The position numbers and the translations under genes were made by a program. From the NCBI RefSeq assembly GCF_001447785.1, contig NW_015159713.1, positions 1,776,956 through 1,840,955 on the forward strand: a DNA stretch of 64,000 nt, given 5' to 3'. The notes under the pieces are model-generated. The model saw nothing but the letters and a program-made list of their open reading frames with translations, was not told where the DNA came from and did not search any database. Shown one piece after another: positions 31,190 through 42,000 of this stretch; position 1 is the stretch's first letter, and each line of letters begins with the position of its first letter. The DNA comes from Gekko japonicus. Its lineage: Eukaryota.

Positions 31190-31195
31190 AATAAA
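31190..31195 (+). terminator. Candidate PLK4 polyadenylation signal
   Basis: AATAAA 440 nt after the stop codon, followed by a GT-rich tract. Confidence 0.55.
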
Positions 31196-32882
31196 TGCAG
31201 TGATATCTGTTGAGGTGCTTTGTTTCATGTAGCACAAGTTTCTATGATGTGCTCCTATAAAATAATTGAACAAACTGTTCCTCTGAAGTGTAACATGTTC
31301 ATGTTTCTCTTTCTGAACGTTTTGCTTTCTTGGACTCAAAGTGAAAAGGCAAGGGAAATATTTTTTGAAATCCCTCTTATACCTACAATGCTAAAGTAGT
31401 GTAGCTATGGATATTATTTGTCCAAACAAAGCTACTGCTCTAGTTTTAGGCAGACCGGACATAAGAAGTGACTTAAACTTACAGACTTAGTAAAAAAAAC
31501 TATTTGCCTTTCAGGTAGATAGCTATGGTCCTCTTTGGAGTGGTATTATAAAAACATCTAGTCCTCTCTATGTATATTACCAGAACAGCCATATTTTTAG
31601 TGATTCTGTATTAAATGGAGACCTAAACCACCGTAATAACTACATCACACTCTAGGAAATACCAGCTGTTTATGCAAATATAAAATCTCTACAGTTTCTA
31701 AATTTCCATTTAGACAGGACTTTAAGTTCAGTTGGAGTAATCTCTTCAGTGTTACAGGGCAGCTTGCAGACATACAAATATTACACAATCAAGTGTTTAA
31801 TAGTCTTAAAAATGAAATGACTGTATGTATTTGAGTCAAAATTAGAACAGGAAAAACAATGAATTAAAATGCTTGTGGTTTTCTACAATGGCTCATTCAT
31901 CTATGCTTTAATTGTGAAATGAGTATATTAACCAGCCTTCAGTATGTATTCCTCTGTGAATATCATAGATTGAGGTCTTTAAGCTATATATTTGTTAAGC
32001 AGTTTTTTACATCATAAACAGCTCATTATGCATAGTTAATATTACTATACCTTAAACTAACTATGTAGTCTAAGGGGTTATTTTCATGAACAGATTTGCC
32101 CTTATCTACATTAGCAATAATATTTTGGCGAAGTGCAGTGCTTCAGCAGTTTGGGTCTGCATCCCAGTGGTTAAGGAACAATAAATCACAATGACTGAGC
32201 AGGGGCCAGTAGGGTTAAATGAAAAACAGGGAAAGGGATGCAAAGACAAGTGGTTGATAAATACATTTTGAAATAATTCTGTAAGAACAGAAGATTAAAA
32301 GCGAATCCTACTTCCAACTGTTTCTTTTGTATATGATATAGATGGTTAAGATAATCTACAGGTATTTCAAGATTTTATTCACTGTAGCAGAGCCTGCTGT
32401 ACTATAAAGTAGAGAAGAGGTAGGTGATTACAAAAGTGCATAAGACAGCTATTTCAAGTTCAACATGAATACCAAACTGGTACAATCTGATTCACGGAAT
32501 CAGTGCACTTGAGAGTATCCCCAGTAACATATTTACCTAAAAGGAAGCTGACCCTGAATTTAAGAAACCCCTTCCCCTCAATAAAAGGCTATTACTGTGC
32601 ATACCTTGTATGCAAATTAAAAAATGGGCAAAGAATTTGTCTTCCTTGCAGGTAAACAGGGTAACTACAGATCAAAGAGTATCATCTCTCAAAACATCGT
32701 TTCTTTACCCTCTATGATCACAGCCTATTATGTCCAGTATTATATCCTACTGACAACTTGATTAATAGACTTAATTAGTAGTAGTACATGTAAAACCCTG
32801 GTTAGTCAGAAGTGCAATGCCATAGCTCCTTGGATAAGGGCAATGATACATTAATAAAAGACTGGTCAGTAGTTCCCCATAT

Positions 32883-33098
32883 CTAACAACTCTGTTCTTG
32901 GAGCCTCCCATATCGGACAGAAAACGCAACAAGTCTCTTGTACACCACTTCCAAGAGTAAGAGAGAGAGAACAACAATTCCACAAATTAGGCTGAATGCC
33001 CAGCGAGGTCCCAAGTGTGTGTAGAGCTGGCTGACAAATACTGGCCCAAGTATACGTGCGCCACTTCCACAGGCAGTTAGCCAGCCCATATAGATTCC
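32883..33098 (-). CDS. MFSD8: MFSD8 coding exon 12 (last)
   Basis: [19 protein letters not shown]...YGRLQEQSC-stop. Confidence 0.94.
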   Translation of the reverse strand, partial: GIYMGWLTACGSGARILGPVFVSQLYTHLGPRWAFSLICGIVVLSLLLLEVVYKRLVAFSVRYGRLQEQSC

Positions 33099-36000
33099 CT
33101 AAAACAGATCACAGGGCTGTGGTTAGGATATTTGTTTAACAGGCTCCTTCGCTTTTCACTACTAAAACTGAGTAACTTTGGGGCAATGCAGACATTTAAT
33201 TACATATTAAACATTACAGTATGATCAACATTCCATCATACATATTACATTGTCTTTCTGTAGGTACTGTAGCTGGACAACCAGCATATATAGTAGAGTA
33301 CCCGACTAGGATCTGGCAGTCCCAGGTTCAAATCTACATCCAGTCTGTCACTCTTACAAAGAACCTGGATCCCACCAGAATAAAAACAAAACCCCCATCT
33401 CTCCCGTCCTGAAGGACACAGGCATTCTGTTGTTACTACTAACATGCTAAAAGGTTACAGATAAATAATCTGTGTCACGTAACAGCAGCAGAGGAGATGG
33501 CATGTCACATTTGCAGGTGGACATGAGAAGTAAGGGAGTGAATTCTTAGTAATTGTTATGAAAATCCTGTGTCTCACCAGTGACACAGGTAGTATTGGTT
33601 GAGAACCACTGCTCTAGCTAGTGCATACTGAAATCTGTCTTGCACCTGTCGTCTCATAATCTGATCAGTCACCAATCCTCCATTTTAAAAAAGCTACAAT
33701 CTGCAGAATTTGGGGTTCTTTTAACATGACCTGTTATTTTTCTTTCCCCCCCTCTCAGCCTAAAGGAGTCCTGGAAAGCTCAAAGGCTCACTATTTTATT
33801 CGATTTGGTTGGTCCTAGTAAAAATGTTGTATTGTTCTTACAAAAAGAAATGTAAAGTTTAAAACTTACCTGAGGCCTTGGTCCTAAAATTTTTGAATAT
33901 AAAGTATATGACATAACATTACAGATTGGATAACCCAGTCCTATTAGAATGTCTGCAGTAATGTACTGGCCCAAGTTGATCACTGGAGTATGTAAACACC
34001 AGGACTGTACAATGGGACATCCTGTTGCTTCAGTAATATTATTTGATGGAGGCGGCATTTGCACTCTCCAAAAAGATGCAAGGCTTCCAGTGAAAGCTGT
34101 TGTTGTAATAGAGTTATTCTTTATCTCTGTGAAAACAAAGAAAAAATGCCATGTACAGGTATTTGATAGAAACCTTAAACTATAGTTTAAATATGTATAC
34201 TTGTACCTTCCCACTGGATATTAGGTAACTTATTTCCCCAAGGTAATAAGATAAAGAATCCAATCAGTATAATAACTAGGCCTCCATAAAGTATAGCACG
34301 TTCACCAGTCCTGTTGGATAAACAAAAGCTAATTACAATAATACCCATACGTAAGAAAAGTAAATCTTTCTCTATATTATAAAGCTAATTTGGGGTGACC
34401 ATGCTCGATGTGCTCCCTCAGCCATAGGCTGAGGCGGCCGCCACTCATGCCGGGGATGCTGGCCACTGGCCGCGGTCTCTGCCCCCGCCCACAGAGGCGC
34501 CGCCGGAGTGAACGTGCCCTGCGATTTGAAGAGAGAGCTGCTTTGGCGTGGCCACACTTGATGCGCTCCCTCAGACATAGCCTGAGCCAGCTGCCACTCA
34601 CGCCGGGGACGCTGGCCATGGTCTCTGACGTCTGCCCACAGATGCAGCGCTGGGGCAAACGTACCCTGCAATTCGAAGACACCGTGGCGGAGTCTCACCC
34701 CGCCACCCAAACAGCCGCCATGTTCATCCTCTCCCCAGCGCTCATAGCCAGCCGGGCTGCGTGTGGCCCGACGACGGATGGGCTGCGCACGCCAAGCCCT
34801 CTCCTGCCACCGCCACCCTCGCATGAATGCGCGTCGTCGCTTGGCCTCTGTGCGATCTGACGACAGGTCGCCTGGCCGTTCAGTGGGGGGGGGGGCTTGC
34901 CCCGATCCTGCCGCCGCCCTCACCCAAGCCCGGCTACAGGCTACTCTGCGCCTAAACGACGGCCACCCCATCCCTCCAGCGTGCAGGGTCTGCCTCCGGC
35001 CATGCCCAATCCTGCTGCCACCGCTGCCGACTACATACAGCTGGCTGGTCTCTCACTGGGCAGGAGCCGGCGCGCTGCCAGCCCTGCGGCTTCTGGAGGT
35101 CACTCAGCCATTCCCTCGCCTCCCCCCCCCCCACTCTGGGGGGTTGTGCGGGGGGAGAGATCGGGAGACTGGGGGTGCCTCCATCGCACTGTGCTACAGC
35201 CCATTGTCTTCCTTCACAACGGTCTTGGCTCCTAGTCTATACATAATGCACACATTTAAAGTGCTTAAAATAGGCTAAAAATATTTATCCAAAGACAATT
35301 TATGAGTTAGAATGTACAAAACCTTTTGAGATTAGGAAAAATGCATAATAACATAGCATCTCTTTAGTGACTTACTTTTTGGAAAGTATTTTAACTCCTA
35401 AAAATGCAAAGACTGACTCAATGCCAATAGCTCCAAGGATAAGTCCATTGATAAACACTGCTTGTTTTCTGGTCCAGGAATACATATCCATTGTCAATGG
35501 TGTAGCTATGCTAGGAAAAAAGATAGTAATATCCTTAATTGGTTGACAAGGGTGAAATAGTTTGAGGGATTTAAAAGGACATCTTAATTTCCCAGTTACA
35601 GCTAATTGCACTGGAAATAATAATAATAATAATAATATACTTTATTGTCATTGTACATAGTACAACGAAATTAAGGTGCAATCATTCGGTGATCTACAAG
35701 CATACTCATATACACTCACACAACCATACTCAAATTGTGAAAACTGTACACATACATTCACCCTAAACATGGCACGGAAAACAAAACCCAGAGAACATAA
35801 CAGGGTGCATCAAAATAGAGAGAAAAATGAGTACTGAGGAAAAAACAATTGCCCATTAAATGTCAATGTCAGAAGAGAAGCGTGGAACTCTGTACTGCTC
35901 CACAGCACAACTGGACAAGATACAAGAGACTCTTGAACAGATCTGCAGACATCTCTAATTTTAATTAAAAGCAGTTGGGTGGAACATTGGGAGGATCAGG

Positions 36001-39000
36001 CCAGAACTTTAGGACAGGTTAATTCTTTTCCCCTTGGCTTAGATCCCACCAAGTCACAGAGAGCCAGATTGATGCAGTGGTTAAGAGCGGTGAACTCTAA
36101 TCTGGAGAACCGGGCTTGATTCTCCACTTCTCCACATGCAGCCAGCTGGGTGATCTTGGGTCTGTCACAGTTCTCTTAGAGCTGTTCTCTCAAGAGCAGT
36201 TCTCTCTCAGAGCTCTCTCAGCCCCACCTACCTCACAGGGTGTCTGTTGTGGAGGGAGGAAGAGAAAGAGACTGAAAGCTGCTCTGAGACTCCAAGTGAA
36301 GGGCAGGGTATAAATCCAATTTGTGTTCTTCTTCACCAAAAACTCGGATCAAACTGACTCAGCAAAGTGTGTGTAGAATGATAATTCTGCCCTCCAACCT
36401 TCTACAACTCCAGACTACGTTTATTCCTCAACCTTAATAACATCAACCACCCTGTAGTGTTTCATGCTTCCACACTTACTTGTAATCTTTATAAATTGCC
36501 ATGTACACTCTGATGGCACTAGGAACATTTTACCCCAATTGCACATATATCGTGGAATACATATAATGCAGGGTGGGTTACAGAAGCAGCATTTTGTCAA
36601 TTTTCTTATATTTTCTCCCAAATTATTGCTGCTGTTATTTCCAATACTGACAAAAAGAAATACTTCATAAAGGGTTATTTCTTATTTCTTGACAGCTACT
36701 GTCATGCTCAGTGCAGCTCCCAAGATTATTACTTCTATGACTTACTTGGAACCTATTTGATCCCCACACTTGATTAGCAAAGTACACTGATTGTGTAAGA
36801 GATTTATTAACCCATGTAGGTCAAAAAGGCAGGCAACCGGTCTTTACCCCCCACCTCCAACCAGGGCCAACAGCAGTTTTGTACAGGCTACTGAAGTTGC
36901 ACAAAAACATGCACTGTTTACTAGAAACATCAAATACACTTACGTTTCAAAGACTGCAAAAATAAATAATATGACAAAGAAAAGAATGTTTGCTGATACA
37001 ACAGCCACAAGGTCAACGCTTTCTTGACTATCCTCACCAGCCTCATCATTTTCTGGAACAAAACAACAACAAAAGGGCTTATATGTTAAACTAAATTGAT
37101 CATTCGCTTTGTTTCTTAACTACACAGATATGCTACTGTGACCTTTCCAGGAAGAGTTTTTTCTTCTTATTAAAGGATGTATTTACATCTTCCTTGGAAA
37201 TCATACTTCAGTTTTGCAATAAAAGCAAAGGTTGCACATGCTAATCTGTAATTTGTGAGAACAAACGTAAGTAAATCAAGGCCAAATGGGGCTCCCTGCA
37301 ATATATTTCTACAGTTGGGCATGCAATGAAAAAACAAAAAACCTACACATTTACTCTACACGTTATAGAACAGATAGTTAACATGTATCTGGTTTGTACT
37401 GCAAAGCCTCATAACACATTTAATCCTTTTCACCATATTTCCTGAGCATCTTTTAATGATACTGTAATTGATATTTTTATCACTGTATACATATTTATAA
37501 GTCAGCATGATTATGAATGTCAGACCAGGATCTGGGAGATCCGGGTTCAAACCCACACTCTGCCATGGCACCTTGCTGGTGACCTTGGGCCAGCCACATA
37601 TTCCCAGCCTAACCCCCCTCACAGGATTGCTGTGGGGAGAAAATGGAGGAGGGGTTGTAAGCCACTTTGTGTCCCCTTTGGGGGGGGGGAAGTGGAGTAT
37701 AAATGAAGTAAATAAAAATAAATATTTGTATAAGTGTAAGGTGTTTTATATTTGGGTTAAAATACAATACAAAGTATTTTGTAAGTTCCAACAAAGACTA
37801 CATCTGACTCTGCTGTATATACTGTTAAGACTATTACTTATTGTCTAAAAAAGGGATAACCATTTGCCATAAGAAACACTCCAGGCCAGGTATTCATCTA
37901 GCTGAGGGTACACTATGCACAACAAGAAGCAAATGTACACACTCATAATGGATAAGCACTACATAAGTATATTATTGTGGCCATTTGCTATCATTACTGC
38001 TTGCCTGGTTGCAAGCCATCAGGCCCAAAAAATGCAGTGGCAAGCAGGAGGGACTTTTCTCATACGCTCACTTCTCTTTCTGCAGAAAGACGCATCCACA
38101 GAAAGGGATCATTAAAGCTCATGGCTACTTCCATTTTACAGGCAGCCACACAAAACCAAGTTGGGTTTTGAGCCCCACTCCAAATCTAATTAGCTATATT
38201 AATTCTATAAAAATGTGTTGTGCTAAAAAAATGTGTTAGCCGTCTACCAACTGGACATTAAGTACATCTGTAAATCACAGAAAATTACATACCTTTACAT
38301 ACTGCCAGAAAAATGTGTGTAATGTTAATATTTTGAAAAATGGAACCAAAGGTGACTTAAAAAAAATCACCCACCCATTTGTTTCTATTAATATTCCAAG
38401 GTGTGCCACAATATTTTATTTCAAACTCTCCACAAAAATATTACCTTCTGTTTCAAAATTAATGCTTCTGTATGGTCTTCCTGCATCATCCACTCGATGT
38501 TCTCTAAAAATTAAACATCAGTTCATTAAATACTTTTTGTGTAACAAAGCAGGTTTTAGCATGTAAACAGGAGGTGGTGCAGAAATAACAACAACCACAG
38601 CAGAGGCCCCACAAGGACTCATGTTGAGCATTTCATTTTGCCCTGTATCCCCCCTTGCCACATTATTTTCCCTATGCCTCACCTGACAGACTTTCTCTTT
38701 TTCCCTGCTTCCTTCCGTATGAACCCAACAACAAACCGTCTTTTATATGCCTCTCCACCCCTAATTTTATTTATGTACTTCATTTATATCACACTTTTGC
38801 CCTCAATGGAGACCCAAAGTGGCTGACAACATTCTTTCCTCTCCATTTTATTCTCACAGTATCTGTGAACAGGTTAGGCAGAAACTGTGTGACTGGCCCA
38901 AGGTCACCCAGCAAGCTTCCATGACACAGTGGGGATTCAACCCTGGGTCTCCCAGATCCTAGTCTTCAAACCAGTACATCAGTGCTGGCTCTCCAGCTTT

Positions 39001-42000
39001 CCCGACTCCCCTCCTAAAAAAGGATCTGACCTTCAAACAAGTGCCATAGCAGAGAGTTCTTATTAACAACCATTGGCGATCCAGATTGTTAATCAGAACT
39101 GTTACCTTATAATGGTGCCAAAAAGCAGCCTTCAGATCTACTGAGGCAGCAAATACACAACTGTTCAACAAATACAAGCTCCTCTCTAAAATAATTCATA
39201 CAAAATAAGTGTATATACACCATTTCCTTGCCTCTCTCCTAGTCAGAGCAAAACAAAATAGGACACAGCAGCAGCATAAGAAAATAACTATTAAAAATAG
39301 GAGCTGCGGTGGCTCAAGTGGTTAAGCTGCAGGTTGTGGAAGGTCGGTAGTTCAGCAGTTCGAGACCCGAGTGTGCTGCATGACGGAGTGAGCTCCCGTC
39401 TCTAGTTCCAGCTCCTGCCAACCTAGCAGTTCGAAAGCAAGAAATTGCAAGTAGATAAATAGGTACCACTTCAGTGGGAAGGTAACAGCGTTCCATGCAC
39501 CTTGGTGTTTAGTCATGCCGGCCACATGACCACGGAAATGTCTTTGGACAGCGCTGGCTCTTCGGCTTTGAAACGGAGATGAGCACCGCAACCCTAGAGT
39601 CGGATTCGACTGGCTTTCGAGCAAGGAAACCTTTACCTTACATATTAAAATACAAATTAAAAGCAAACACTGATACAACCACAGTCTCCAAAAAAAGTGC
39701 CATAGTTTCCAATTACCTAAACACTGCAAATATCAGAACAATGTTAATAATTCCTAGGAGAGCTCCAAATAAAACTGGTGCTGTATACATGTTCACCTGA
39801 AGCTTAATGATTTTCCATGTGACTCCTTTTTCTCCAATGAGAGTAAAGAGGGTCTGTAAAACTAATATAAAATAACAGAATTACTTAGAACAAGACTTAG
39901 TGGGTATACTCAAAGACAAAATAGGCAAAGCCTTTGCTTTATTTGACTAACAGTCACATTTCTGTAATGTGCCTAGTACTAGGGTACAAAGAAAAAAACT
40001 GAAGCGTGCACGAGTGTGCATGTACATACACAAACAAATAAATGCAGAGTAGGAATACCTGAATCCAATCTTACAAATAAGTAAGTACCACCTGGCTGCA
40101 CACCCAGAAGTGGTCTGTATTATTTTAGGAGTCCATCGGGATGTATAGAGTGCCAGTCTCTGGCTATTTTTCCTGCCTGGTATATAATTATGCATTAGGT
40201 GAAAAGAATGATCTTGGTAGTGGGAGGAACTTGGGAGTGTTTTATTGATACGCAAATTCTACTCCTGCTCTTTCCAGCAGAATATAATCTCAATCAGCTG
40301 TTTTATTACTTAAACTGACTTCAAAAATTCAGTCAGAAGACTTGAATTTACAAAATAATGCTACTCAAACCATGTTTTTAAACTATCATATTTACATGTG
40401 TAATTACTGTGCCTGCATGACAATTTGTTTATTTTGCGTAAGACAACAGACAAATTAAACATAAACATAAGAATGAATACCGTAACAAAGTATTACTAGA
40501 TCAGAATGCCAGATTCCCTCATTTAATCAGAATTCATTTGGAAAGAATGGAGCTATGATGCAAGTTGTACCTGGTCCCAGTATGAATCCCACTGCTTGGC
40601 AAGCACTAGTGTTTGCCATGGCACCAGTTCTTTCTGTAAGAGAGGTAGCACCAGCGACATAAGATCGAACCACTGCTACATTTCCTTAAAAAAGAAGAAA
40701 TAAAGTGTTTACTTGATACTCACAACATACTCTAAATCCCATTTACCTACATAATCCAACATTGCCAGAGTCATTATTTAAACTTCCTGCACTGTCGTTC
40801 ATATGCTTGTTTTGCCTGCTTACTACACAAAACTTCAACAGATCTCATAAACCTGTTAAAAGCCACAGAACTGCAAAGGGAAGCTTGGTCCTGCACTGCT
40901 CATTCACTAATACAACCAACACATTGTGACTGACAGAACTTTTCAACATCTCTAATCTGTTCTGCTGTACAGTTCAACTAACCATACCCGTCACAGAGTT
41001 TCTGAGGTCTGAAACCTAAAGTAGAAGTAGGTTCTAATAATGCAACTACACCTGCTTTCCCCTAATGTGTTCTCATGCCAAGTCCATAAAGCAATATAAC
41101 TCAATCAGCTTTTTTAGGCCCTTTGATATCATAGTGGATCTTGATTACTTTTGTGTGCTATTTCAGTACTGCACCTTCCAGCTTGCCAATGGCTCACCAC
41201 AAGAAACCTACAAAGTCAGACAACTGTTAGCACTGAGATAATGGAGAAGCTTTTTTACCAGATAGTAACTAATTCCCACAGATGCTTATAGCATTTTGAC
41301 TATCCTAATACTGTAAGACTTTAAATGTTATAAACAAATCACTTGCCTTCAATTTAAACACTTTTAAAATTACCTGCGCCAAACCCCACCAGCGCTCGAG
41401 CAACCACCATGTAGTATTTGTTGTGTGATGCAGGCAAATGGACATAGGCATAGAGACAGTTAGCAGCCACTGAAATACTAGTTGAAACTACAAGAGATTC
41501 TCTTCTTGGCCTATAATTGGACCACACTCCAAAGAAGGGGGAAGCTATCATTTGACCAATGCTATAGGCAGCAATAATCCAGCCCAGGAAACTTGCGTCT
41601 GCGGTTTTATCTACCTATGGAAAGAACAAAAGCAATGTGAAGTGCTATGACATGTTATTCATCACATCTCAGCAACACTTTCAGAAACCCACGACACAAG
41701 AAGAATAAATATCACATCAGATATTCTACTACTAATACGTGGTGAGGTTAATTAATTAATTATTTGATTTATACCCCCTGCCCTCTCCGCCGAAGCAGGC
41801 TCAGGGCGGCTTACATAAATAGATATCTGTCAGCTTGAACAGGAACGGCATTTTAAGATGACAGCAAATTACCTACCAAGGCCCCATTCTATAACAAATT
41901 ATTTAGTGAGGATCTGCAAAGTCATAGAAGAACCTTAGTAAATCACTGCAGAAGCATGGGGATTTTTTTGCCATCAAGTCACAGCTGACTTATGGCGACC

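Noticed and set aside
34372-35278. Overlapping 100-199 aa ORFs on both strands
   Set aside because: They reflect GC-rich stop-codon scarcity inside the Helitron and contain no recognisable domain.
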